Shown in pieces: positions 32,349 to 42,644 of a DNA stretch of 64,000 nucleotides. The position numbers and the translations under genes are program-made. Origin of the DNA: Minisyncoccota bacterium (lineage in GTDB: Bacteria > Patescibacteriota > Minisyncoccia > 2-02-FULL-40-12 > GWA2-44-9); the NCBI GenBank assembly GCA_030583765.1, contig CP129474.1, positions 521,348-585,347 of the forward strand, read 5' to 3'. Positions within the stretch are counted from its first letter, which is position 1. Every line of letters starts with the position of its first letter. Under the pieces are notes generated by a model, which searched no databases, was not told the DNA's origin, and was given only the letters and a program-made list of their open reading frames with translations.

Positions 32349-32786
32349 ATGAGATCTTGTTTGACATTGGCACACGAGCCGTACGAGCCCTTGCGCATCG
32401 CGCGCGACGAGCTCGTCGTCGTTTCGGAAACGGATCCGGGGAGCATCCCCGCGTTCGTGGATCGGTTTCGGGACGTTTCTGCTCCGATTCCGATCGAGTG
32501 CGTGGACCACCTTCGCAAGCTGGTGACAGCGATCATCCAGAAGATGGAGTTCGCGTCTGCGAACGGGTGGCCGTCACGTAGGCCGATGTACTTCCATGTC
32601 TGTCGCCTGAACGACCTGTCAGCGAAGGAGTGCGAGCTCTGGGAGGACGCCGCGCAGCTCATCTACAAGGAGTTGCACGCTTGCGGCTGGACGCAGGCCA
32701 TCGTGGACGAGGTGGAGTGGCAGAACGTGGAGGACGAGGGGACGGAGCGTTACGAGCGCTCGCTCGTCATCAACCTGTTCATGTAG
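32349..32786 (+). CDS. Hypothetical protein (cassette 6)
   Basis: 146 aa beginning MRSCLTLAHEPYEPLRIARDELVVV... It is GC-rich. The RBS-placed ATG is in frame inside the 31989 ORF. No motif was recognised. Confidence 0.55.
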   Translation: MRSCLTLAHEPYEPLRIARDELVVVSETDPGSIPAFVDRFRDVSAPIPIECVDHLRKLVTAIIQKMEFASANGWPSRRPMYFHVCRLNDLSAKECELWEDAAQLIYKELHACGWTQAIVDEVEWQNVEDEGTERYERSLVINLFM

Positions 32787-32791
32787 CAAAC

Positions 32792-32830
32792 GCCCGAGGG
32801 GGTATCCCTCGGGCGTGCTTTCTTTTTATA
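32792..32830 (+). terminator. Intrinsic terminator of cassette 6
   Basis: CGCCCGAGGGGGTATCCCTCGGGCG followed by TGCTTTCTTTTTATA. The RNase J stop codon (complement of 32826-28) is in the T tract. Confidence 0.6.
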
Positions 32831-34907
32831 CTTCGATAATGACTGGCAAGACCATGGGCCGCCGTTCTGTTTTTTGGAACAAGAATCGTCCCACATCGTC
32901 ACGAATATTATCTTTCAGGTACTGCAAGTTCATGGGGCGCTGACGCTCGGATTCGATGATGGTGCGCACCTTTTTACGTACTTGCGAGAGAAGTTCACGT
33001 TGTTCTTTGAGGTACACGAAGCCGCGGGAGATAATATCTGGGCTACGGTTGATTTGTCCGGTGCGAGCATCAATGAGCGTGATGATGACAAACATGCCAT
33101 CTTCTGCGAGCACTTGGCGGTCGCGCAACACAACATTGCCGATGTCGCCGATACCCAAGCCGTCTACCATGACGTAGTGTGCGGGGTGAGTCTTTTTATC
33201 AAACCACCACTGATCTGGGGCGTAGTGCACAATTTGTCCATTATCCGCGATAATGACGTTGCCGTCGGGGATGCCGAGCGACTTACCTAATTCACCGAGG
33301 GTGACCATCATGGAGTATTGACCATGGTGTGGCATGAGGAACTTTGGTCGCACGAGCTGGATGATCTTTTTGAGATCTTCTTGTTTTGCGTGACCACCTG
33401 CATGGATGTCCATCATCTGGTTGTGGTACACCTTTACGCCAGCGCGGTAGAGCATGTCTTTGAGGTACTGAATGGCGCGCTCGTTACCCGGAATGACCGA
33501 CGAGGAGAACACCACGCTATCATGAGGCTTCAGTTGAATGAAGCGGTGCTCTTGGTTCACGATGCGCATGAGCGATGCAGATTCTTGACCTTGTGCGCCA
33601 GTGGCGATCACCGTGATGAGCTCGCGAGGGTAGTCATCAATTTGTTCCATCGAGATTTGCGTGCCCTTTCCGATCTTGATATAGCCCATTTCTTTCGCAA
33701 TATCGACGTTGGATTTCAAGCTGTAGCCGTCGAATGCTACTTTGCGGCCATAGTGTTCAGAGAGGGTGATGAGCTGCTGGATGCGATTGATCATCGAGGA
33801 GAACGTTCCTACAAGGATCATACCCTTTGCCTCCCTGAAGATAATGTCCATGTTCTCATAGATGGTGCTTTCCGAGACGGAGTGCCCCTCTTCTTCTGCA
33901 TCTGTTGAGTCGCACATCATCATGAGGACGCCCTTGTCGCCGAAGCGCTGGAGCTTGTCATAGTCTGCAGGCTCGCCGTTCAATGGCGCTGGATCGAATT
34001 TGAAGTCTGCAGTGTGGATGACATTTCCTACTGGCGTCGTGATGAACAATCCCAAGTCGTCGGGAATGTTGTGGTTCATGTTGAAGAATTCAACTGTGAA
34101 ATATTCCCCAACTTTTTCAACGTCGCCGTTCTTCATGACGTTGATGTTCAGCGGCGCGAGGTGTGGGAACTCAAGGTGCCGCTTCATAAGGATTTTTTCC
34201 GTCAGCTGTGCAGTATAAATTTCTGGGTTTCCGAGCTTTTCTTGGAGATAGGGCACTGCACCAATGTGATCCATGTGTCCGTGCGTAAGAATAAGCGCGC
34301 GGATATTTTCCTTTTTCGTTTCCAAATACGCCGTGTTAGGGATGATGAAGTCGATGCCCGGCATGTTTTCTTGCGGGAACATGATGCCTGCATCGATGAC
34401 GATGATCTCATCCTTGTATTCCATGCAGTACATGTTTTTCCCAACCTCGCCCAAGCCTCCGAGCGCGTATACTTTCAACGTATTGTCGGCGTTTGGATCT
34501 GTGCCTTCGGGTGCGCCAACCTTGCCCGCATGAATCTGGGTGGGTGGAAGGCGTCGCTCGCTGGCGAGCTTTGGACGACGTGCACCGTAGCGTGCGCGGC
34601 TGCGACTCGCGGCGCGGCGCGGTTTGTCATATGAAGTTTCTGCAGGTTGGGCGCTGGTAGTTTCGCCTGATGTCGGCGCGCTTGGCGCATCCGTTCGTTG
34701 TTGTGGGCGATGCTGAAAGCCGCCACCAGAGCGGGGGCGATGGAAACGCCGTCGGCCAAATCCGCCGCGTCGTTGCTGTTGAGGCACGTCTCCTGATGCT
34801 GGTGCATCGGAAGAAGGTGCGCGTGTATCTGAATCGGTCACACAGAAAGAAGAGCGTAGGGCGCAACGTGCATGCAACAGCGTTGCCGTGCACGAGCGCA
34901 CGCTCAT
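32826..34907 (-). CDS. rnj: Ribonuclease J (metallo-beta-lactamase/beta-CASP) with RG-rich N-terminal extension
   Basis: HGHMDHIGAVPYL motif and beta-CASP/RMMBL regions. The first about 130 aa form a low-complexity R/G/S-rich region. The true start is uncertain. Confidence 0.85.
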   Translation of the reverse strand: MSVRSCTATLLHARCALRSSFCVTDSDTRAPSSDAPASGDVPQQQRRGGFGRRRFHRPRSGGGFQHRPQQRTDAPSAPTSGETTSAQPAETSYDKPRRAASRSRARYGARRPKLASERRLPPTQIHAGKVGAPEGTDPNADNTLKVYALGGLGEVGKNMYCMEYKDEIIVIDAGIMFPQENMPGIDFIIPNTAYLETKKENIRALILTHGHMDHIGAVPYLQEKLGNPEIYTAQLTEKILMKRHLEFPHLAPLNINVMKNGDVEKVGEYFTVEFFNMNHNIPDDLGLFITTPVGNVIHTADFKFDPAPLNGEPADYDKLQRFGDKGVLMMMCDSTDAEEEGHSVSESTIYENMDIIFREAKGMILVGTFSSMINRIQQLITLSEHYGRKVAFDGYSLKSNVDIAKEMGYIKIGKGTQISMEQIDDYPRELITVIATGAQGQESASLMRIVNQEHRFIQLKPHDSVVFSSSVIPGNERAIQYLKDMLYRAGVKVYHNQMMDIHAGGHAKQEDLKKIIQLVRPKFLMPHHGQYSMMVTLGELGKSLGIPDGNVIIADNGQIVHYAPDQWWFDKKTHPAHYVMVDGLGIGDIGNVVLRDRQVLAEDGMFVIITLIDARTGQINRSPDIISRGFVYLKEQRELLSQVRKKVRTIIESERQRPMNLQYLKDNIRDDVGRFLFQKTERRPMVLPVIIEV

Positions 34908-34958
34908 TCATGAAATTCGTGTCGAGATAGAAGCGCAACTGCGCCTCATACAAATCTC

Positions 34959-35045
34959 TGGTGCCCTCGACAGGACTTGAACCTGTACGATCGTGAGATC
35001 ACTAGCTCCTGAAGCTAGCGCGTCTGCCAATTCCGCCACGAGGGC
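34959..35045 (-). tRNA. tRNA-Leu (anticodon CAG)
   Basis: The reverse complement is GCCCTCGTGGCGGAATTGGCAGACGCGCTAGCTTCAGGAGCTAG...CAGGTTCAAGTCCTGTCGAGGGCACCA. It has a long variable arm. The loop TTCAGGA gives anticodon CAG. CCA is encoded. Confidence 0.85.
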
Positions 35046-35175
35046 AAAGAACGAGAGAAGAACGGTTTGACCAGTCTAGCTGATGTCCGCCGTTTCTGCC
35101 AATGGGATAACCCCAAAGCACAAGAGTACACGAATAGTACCTAGTATTATAGCAAAACTACGGGAAAAAGCAAGA

Positions 35176-36954
35176 CTATTTCAAGCTGCGCGTTGTGTGA
35201 ATATACCACTCACGAATGCCAGCGAATCGTTCAGCTGGGGTGCCGATAACGTTCAGTGAGGCTCCTAAAATGCGACTATCCATGGCATAGGTATACTTCG
35301 CATTGTATAGGAAGATAGCCGGCAAATCCTGCACTACAATTTGTTGGAAATCGTGATAGAGGCTCGCGCGCTCAAGAGGATTAAGCGTGGTGCGGGCTCG
35401 CTCCAAAATGGCGTCCGCAGTCTGGTTGTCATACAGAGCAATATTTGCTCCCGGTTCGCGCTTCTGTGAAGAGTGCCACACGGGGAATGGATCTGGATCG
35501 AGGCTCATCACTACGCCAAACAGGAGCATGTCATACGCTCGATCCTTTATAGCCTGCTGGAGCTGCACAAACGATAACGAAGAGACCGTGAGCTCAATAC
35601 CAGCGTTGCGCCACTGTGTTGCGATGCGCTGTGCTACCTCAGAAAGCTCTGGTTGTGTGCTTGTGGTAAGAGTGAGCGCAAGGCGTGTGCCGCGCTTGGT
35701 AAATATACCGTCGTTGCCTTGAGCCCAGCCGTCAGCAACCAGCACTGCCTTTGCCTTTTCAGGATCAAATGTTGGGCTGGCGACGTCATCGGCGATTGAG
35801 AGCACGCTTTCTACGAACGGTCGATCTACAGGAGATCCCTTGCCATGGAGCACGTCACGGATGAGCGCATCGCGATCGGTTGCGTGCGAGAGAGCAAGTC
35901 GCACATTTCTGTCCGCGATGAGCGCGTTGCGGCTCTGGTTGAAGAATACGGCGAAGTAGCGAGGGATGTTGGCATCCGTATATGCTATACGGCGAGGTGT
36001 GCCAATCTCTTTTTGAGCTTTTGGAGAAATGCCCGCGATGCTATCGATGTGGCGTCGCTTGAAGGCATCGATGAGCGCATCCTCACTTTGGAAAAATTTC
36101 AGCGTGATACGATCTATAAAAGGACGGCCTGCATGAAAATCTTCAAAGGCGCGAACGGTATACGAAGTGATGCGTCCCACGCTATCTTTTTCAAGCTTCT
36201 CAAAGCGATACGGCCCAGCGCCAACGGGACGCGTATTGAGATCGTGTAATGCAAATGAAGCGGGGCGTATATCCTGCCATATGTGCTTTGGCAAAATACC
36301 AACGGTCAGCGTATTAGGGAACTGCGCGTATGCAGTCTTAAGTTTAAACATCACCGCAAATTCATTCACCTTCTCTACGGTGACGCCTTGCCATGCGATG
36401 CGGAGCGGGCTTCCAAAATCAGGATTTTGGATGGTTTCAATGGTAAAAATGACGTCATCTGCGGTAACGGGCTTGCCGTCATGCCAGAGAGTATCTTCTT
36501 TCAAGTACACGGTATAACTCAAGCCATCGCTGGAAATTTCCGGGAATGTTTTTGCGAGGTCAGGGACGAGGTTGCCTTGGGCGTCGTAGGACAGTAGCCC
36601 AGCGAACAAGAGCGTTTCTAAATCGCGATCTACCTCATTCGCATATGAGAGCACGGGGTTGATGAATCGCGGGTCCCCAAGCACTCCTTCAGTAAAGGAG
36701 CCGCCCGTGTCTGGGGTAACGATGGTTGCAGAGCGCCACAGCGCGACGGGAATGAGGGCAATGCTCGCGATCGCTATGAGTGCCAGAGCGGCGATGCCAT
36801 AGCGCTCACGAAAGGAGAGCACCTTGGGGAGGAGGCGCATTCTTTGTCGCCAGAATAAACGAGCCGTTACCGGATCCTCCTCGCGTTCCGCGGGAGCCCC
36901 AGGAGCAGGCGACGCAGAAAAGAAATCGTCGAGCTGGTGTTCGTTATGTGGCAT
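35176..36954 (-). CDS. ABC transporter substrate-binding protein, family 5 (Opp/Dpp-like)
   Basis: 592 aa with an N-terminal TM/signal anchor and an SBP_bac_5-like sequence. Confidence 0.75.
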   Translation of the reverse strand: MPHNEHQLDDFFSASPAPGAPAEREEDPVTARLFWRQRMRLLPKVLSFRERYGIAALALIAIASIALIPVALWRSATIVTPDTGGSFTEGVLGDPRFINPVLSYANEVDRDLETLLFAGLLSYDAQGNLVPDLAKTFPEISSDGLSYTVYLKEDTLWHDGKPVTADDVIFTIETIQNPDFGSPLRIAWQGVTVEKVNEFAVMFKLKTAYAQFPNTLTVGILPKHIWQDIRPASFALHDLNTRPVGAGPYRFEKLEKDSVGRITSYTVRAFEDFHAGRPFIDRITLKFFQSEDALIDAFKRRHIDSIAGISPKAQKEIGTPRRIAYTDANIPRYFAVFFNQSRNALIADRNVRLALSHATDRDALIRDVLHGKGSPVDRPFVESVLSIADDVASPTFDPEKAKAVLVADGWAQGNDGIFTKRGTRLALTLTTSTQPELSEVAQRIATQWRNAGIELTVSSLSFVQLQQAIKDRAYDMLLFGVVMSLDPDPFPVWHSSQKREPGANIALYDNQTADAILERARTTLNPLERASLYHDFQQIVVQDLPAIFLYNAKYTYAMDSRILGASLNVIGTPAERFAGIREWYIHTTRSLK

Positions 36955-36972
36955 GCGAAAAGCAAAACGCGC

Positions 36973-37191
36973 TTAGCTGAGCGCGATGCGTGCAACCGAA
37001 ATACCTACAAAGAGTACTGCAAGTACGATGGTGGCGATGTAGATTGAACGTTCCGCACCGCGCTTGGTGGCATATTCCATAGCCCCCGCTCCCATAACTG
37101 ATGAGAGTCCGCCTCCACGCTGTTGCATAAGAATGCCTACGACGAGGAGTACAGAAACTGCGATGTGTGCGTAAGAGAGAATGGTTTCCAT
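36973..37191 (-). CDS. secG: Preprotein translocase subunit SecG
   Basis: 72 aa and 2-TM, with HIAVSVLLVVGILMQQRGGGL typical of SecG. Confidence 0.7.
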   Translation of the reverse strand: METILSYAHIAVSVLLVVGILMQQRGGGLSSVMGAGAMEYATKRGAERSIYIATIVLAVLFVGISVARIALS

Positions 37192-37203
37192 AAAGAAAGA
37201 TTA

Positions 37204-37554
37204 TTAGACGGTTCGATCCATGCGGGCAAGTGCCAGATTAACGAGCGAGACCACGAGGGTCGCGCCGATGAGCGACCAGGCTCCTGCGCTTTCGATAGCG
37301 GCAAATTTCCAGTCAACAATACCAAGCAAAAGGGCGTTGATGACGATGCTGAAGAGCCCAAATGTGACAATGATGAGCGGGAATGAAATGAACGTCATGA
37401 TCGGCTTGATAGTTCCGTGTAACACGGCAAGTACTGCGCCTGCGAGGAGGTAAACCTGCGCGCTTGCTACTATAGAAAAGCCCGGAATAAAGAGGGCTGC
37501 CACATAGAGGCCAAGCGCATTTGCTATAACTCGCGCCGCAAAGCGAATGATCAT
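37204..37554 (-). CDS. DUF360-like small membrane protein
   Basis: 116 aa with 4 predicted TM segments. This is a weak family-level guess. Confidence 0.4.
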   Translation of the reverse strand: MIIRFAARVIANALGLYVAALFIPGFSIVASAQVYLLAGAVLAVLHGTIKPIMTFISFPLIIVTFGLFSIVINALLLGIVDWKFAAIESAGAWSLIGATLVVSLVNLALARMDRTV

Positions 37555-37590
37555 AAGCAGTGGCTATCCTAGCATATACCACAGCGTGCT

Positions 37591-38868
37591 TCAACCACGC
37601 TGACCTTTAAGATGGAGACTGCGATAGTACTGGATAGCAAAGCGGTGGGCTTCAGCATCAATGCGGCTTACGAGCGTTTGCACGCTACGTGGGAGTGTCG
37701 GGAGAGGGAGGACGCCCCGTGACGTAGTGAGGTGGCTCCCTATGTGCCGTTCATCTTTTGTAAAAGCGATGACGGGGATGGTAAGCCCGTGTTGTTCGAG
37801 TACGGCTCGTACCGCGTTGTATTGAGCTTTCCCGCCGTCGACAATAATGCAATCGGGGAGTTCCCATACGCTCGTGCCACGTGCGACTCCAGGGCGATGT
37901 GCGAGGCGTCGGGAGAGTACTTCGGTGAGCATCGCGGTGTCATCCGGTTTGCCGCTCGCGTGGATGCGAAACTTACGATAAGCCCCCTTGTGCGGAGAGC
38001 CCTCTTGAAATACAACCATAGACCCCGTTGCATATAACCCTTGCATGTGGGCGATGTCATATCCTTCAATGCGGAGCGGCGCGTGCGGGAGCTTCAGTGT
38101 TTGTTGGAGTTCTGCTACCGCTTCACTATGGACGATTGGTTGTAGGCGTGCGTTGATGTGCGCGTTGGTGAAGACGCGAGCCATGTGGTCAATTGTCTTT
38201 TGGAGCGTGAGCGCTTCCTCGAGCGCGCCACGCTGCGCCGCTTGTTTCATAGTGCGTGTGAGCGAAGATAATACGGACGCGCGCTTTCCGCTCAGGATGC
38301 CTATAATCGCTTGAATGTTGCGACGGTATGGTTTTGTATCAACTCCATCTGTTTCTTTTAAGCAGCATACGCCGAGACATTTTCCGATGTGTGCATTGAG
38401 GCACCGGACATAGTGCTTTTGGGTGCATGTGCAGTAGGGGAACAGAGTGCGCAGAGTGCGCAGAGTGCTTTTGAGTGCCCCTGAATCGGTGAACGGTCCG
38501 AGTGCACCTGCGCTCGTTGGTTGATGAGTGACAATAATGCGAGGGAACGCTTCTTCAGTAGTTTCTACAAAAAGGTACTGCTTGTCATCGCGCATGACGA
38601 TGTTGTAGTGCGGTTTGAGTTTTTTGATAAGGCGCGCCTCTTCAATGAGCGCTTCAATGGGAGACTCGAGCACTTCCCACGTGAGTTTCGTGGCTTGGGC
38701 AACCATGTGTGCAATGCGAGGATCGCCTGCGCGACCATATGCGGAGAGGCGGGATCGCAATTGAGAGGCTTTTCCTATATAGAGCGGTTTTGTGCCGCGC
38801 GAAAAGCGATACACGCCGGGAGATCGTGGGGCGGTGCGGATGATTTGGGTGAGCTGGACAGGGGTCAT
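37591..38868 (-). CDS. uvrC: Excinuclease ABC subunit C (short form lacking C-terminal HhH2)
   Basis: GIY-YIG N-terminus (PGVYRF...LYIGKA), a UVR domain and an RNase-H-like endonuclease domain (EGYDIAHMQG). It is only 425 aa. Confidence 0.8.
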   Translation of the reverse strand: MTPVQLTQIIRTAPRSPGVYRFSRGTKPLYIGKASQLRSRLSAYGRAGDPRIAHMVAQATKLTWEVLESPIEALIEEARLIKKLKPHYNIVMRDDKQYLFVETTEEAFPRIIVTHQPTSAGALGPFTDSGALKSTLRTLRTLFPYCTCTQKHYVRCLNAHIGKCLGVCCLKETDGVDTKPYRRNIQAIIGILSGKRASVLSSLTRTMKQAAQRGALEEALTLQKTIDHMARVFTNAHINARLQPIVHSEAVAELQQTLKLPHAPLRIEGYDIAHMQGLYATGSMVVFQEGSPHKGAYRKFRIHASGKPDDTAMLTEVLSRRLAHRPGVARGTSVWELPDCIIVDGGKAQYNAVRAVLEQHGLTIPVIAFTKDERHIGSHLTTSRGVLPLPTLPRSVQTLVSRIDAEAHRFAIQYYRSLHLKGQRG

Positions 38869-38953
38869 AGGAAGGTGCTTATTATACCGTCTTTTTGGAG
38901 AAAATCAATCAGCGCGATATGGCGGAAATGAGCGAGTGCGGTATGCTGGTGGC

Positions 38954-39925
38954 ATGGCATTTTCGCTCCTCGAAGAAGACATCATCCGTACCGTTGCGTA
39001 TGGGCAAAGCGTTGGATTCCCACTCACGAACATTGGGATTGTGGAGAGAATGCCGCATGGGGTACCTATGGGTGACGTCATGGTAAGTCTCGAGTGTCTC
39101 GTAAGTGTTGGGGCGCTGGTGCGTACTAACGGGCGCTATGGTATCGGCAACGATGCGCGCGCGTGTATTGAGGCATACGCAAACCGTGCTGCGCTTACGC
39201 GCGTGAAATGGTTGCGAGCGCTTCGTACGGTACGCGTGCTCACGTGGGTGCCATGGGTGCGCGCAGTATGGGTGAGCGGTTCGCTTGCGTATGATGCAAG
39301 CGATGTCGATGGCGATACTGATGTGGTATGTCTCGTTGCGCCCGGTCACATATTCTCTGCGCGCCTGTTCGCGCTCGCACTCTCTTCATTATTTGGCGTG
39401 CGCCGCGCCGCGCACGAAGCGCACGCACCTGATAAGCTATGCATGAACCACTGGATAGCAGATGATGGGCGACAGCTTGCCCACCGCAGTGTCTATACCG
39501 CATGGGTCTATGCGCATATGGTTCCCGTATACGGCATGGCGGCGGCGCGAGCGTGGCGAGAGTGTCAGACTTGGATACAAGATTATACAAGGTATCGAGC
39601 CGAGCCCTCATCTTTGCGAGCTCTACGCCCCAGCTCACCTATTATTTTCGGGAAGATGCTGTGCGAGCGCCTCCTTTCTTTTATTGAACCATTCGCAAAA
39701 CGTGTACAGCTCGGGCGCATTCAGCGAGGCGTTGCGGTTGTGGGGCGGGGGAGAATCCAGGCGAACAACCATGCGCTTGAGTTCCACCCACGCTCACAAG
39801 AGCCACTCGTACTTTCTACATATACAGCATTATGCGCATCGGTTGGTGTGATGGCGGCAGCTCAGGATTCGGGGCTTGGGAAGGGGGCGTGTGATGTTCT
39901 TGACATGCCCGCGGCTTCTGCCTAG
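38954..39925 (+). CDS. Hypothetical protein with minimal nucleotidyltransferase (Pol-beta-like) motif
   Basis: GSLAYDASDVDGDTDVV resembles the GS-x9-13-D-x-D motif. The start was trimmed to ATG 38954 to avoid overlap with uvrC. Confidence 0.4.
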   Translation: MAFSLLEEDIIRTVAYGQSVGFPLTNIGIVERMPHGVPMGDVMVSLECLVSVGALVRTNGRYGIGNDARACIEAYANRAALTRVKWLRALRTVRVLTWVPWVRAVWVSGSLAYDASDVDGDTDVVCLVAPGHIFSARLFALALSSLFGVRRAAHEAHAPDKLCMNHWIADDGRQLAHRSVYTAWVYAHMVPVYGMAAARAWRECQTWIQDYTRYRAEPSSLRALRPSSPIIFGKMLCERLLSFIEPFAKRVQLGRIQRGVAVVGRGRIQANNHALEFHPRSQEPLVLSTYTALCASVGVMAAAQDSGLGKGACDVLDMPAASA

Positions 39926-39962
39926 AATGCTCTCGTTAGCACTCTCGTAGTGCAACTGCTAA
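39900..39962 (+). promoter_or_regulatory. groESL promoter (TTGACA-17-TAGAAT) plus CIRCE-like inverted repeat (HrcA operator)
   Basis: TTAGCACTC-N9-AACTGCTAA at 39936-39962, against the consensus TTAGCACTC-N9-GAGTGCTAA. It lies directly downstream of the -10 and upstream of groES. Confidence 0.5.
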
Positions 39963-40029
39963 TTCGGCGGCTGGCGGCATCGTGCGGGGATATCCGCGCA
40001 CCGTACCGCCCGCCGTCGTTTCTGCGGCA

Positions 40030-40320
40030 ATGCTAAAACCATTATCTGATCATGTTGTGATTGAGCCGCTTAAAGAAGAAATAAAGAAGGGCGGCATCAT
40101 TCTGCCGGACACACTGAAAAAGGAGCGCCCCGAGCGCGGCAAGGTGGTTGCCGTGGGGCCGGGCAAGATGACTGAATCAGGGACGCGTCTTCCCATGGAT
40201 GTAAAGAAAGGTGATATCGTGATTTTCACGAAATATGGTCCCAACGAAATGAAGGTCGACGAAAAAGAGTATCTTATCGCTCGCGCAGACGACATTCTCG
40301 CGATCGTGGAGAGTAAGTAA
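40030..40320 (+). CDS. groES: Co-chaperonin GroES
   Basis: 96 aa from ATG 40030, beginning MLKPLSDHVVIEP... Confidence 0.9.
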   Translation: MLKPLSDHVVIEPLKEEIKKGGIILPDTLKKERPERGKVVAVGPGKMTESGTRLPMDVKKGDIVIFTKYGPNEMKVDEKEYLIARADDILAIVESK

Positions 40321-40325
40321 TTTAG

Positions 40326-41960
<1,635 letters not shown>

Positions 41961-42080
41961 GCTGCACGATACATGTACACACAGCGGGCCATACGGCCCG
42001 CTGTGTGTTTACTTGCGTTGTGGCGTGCGGTTGCTATACTTTGAGCGCATAACGCGCTTGGTGACAGAGCGTATATATTC

Positions 42081-42626
42081 ATGATGTGGCTTATTATTAT
42101 CCTTGCGGTTGTCGCGCTGTGGTTTGCGCTTTCGTATAACGGGTTTGTGACGCTTCGTAACCGTGTGAAAGAGGCGTGGTCAGATATCGATGTGCAGCTC
42201 AAGCGTCGCTACGACCTCATTCCTAATCTCGTAGAGACGGTGAAGGGTTACGCGGCGCACGAGCAGGAGACATTCAATCGCGTCATTCAGGCTCGCTCGC
42301 AAGCGATGCAAGCGCAGAGCGTTGCGGAACATGGTGCCGCAGAGAACCAGCTCACGGGCGCCCTGAAGTCATTGTTTGCGCTTTCTGAAGCATATCCGCA
42401 ACTACGCGCGGTTGAGTCGTTTACCAAGCTGCAAGACGAGCTCACTGATACCGAGGATAAAATCCAAGCCGCTCGCCGCTTCTATAACTCAACGGTCATG
42501 TCGCTAAATACGAAGGTTGAACAATTCCCTTCAAATATTATTGCGAACCTCTTTAGCTTCAAGAAAGAAGAGTTCTTCGAGATCGAGGACGCAGCACAGC
42601 GCGAAACCGTGAAGGTGCAGTTCTAA
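42081..42626 (+). CDS. LemA family protein
   Basis: 181 aa with an N-terminal TM helix and a conserved LemA core (...RRYDLIPNLVETVKGYAAHE...). Confidence 0.85.
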   Translation: MMWLIIILAVVALWFALSYNGFVTLRNRVKEAWSDIDVQLKRRYDLIPNLVETVKGYAAHEQETFNRVIQARSQAMQAQSVAEHGAAENQLTGALKSLFALSEAYPQLRAVESFTKLQDELTDTEDKIQAARRFYNSTVMSLNTKVEQFPSNIIANLFSFKKEEFFEIEDAAQRETVKVQF

Positions 42627-42644
42627 CATTGTTTCCTCTGCCAT

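Noticed and set aside
38792-38953. 5' part of ORF 38792-39925 overlapping uvrC on the opposite strand.
   Set aside because: The likely start is an internal ATG (38954) after the uvrC start region. The upstream extension has no support.
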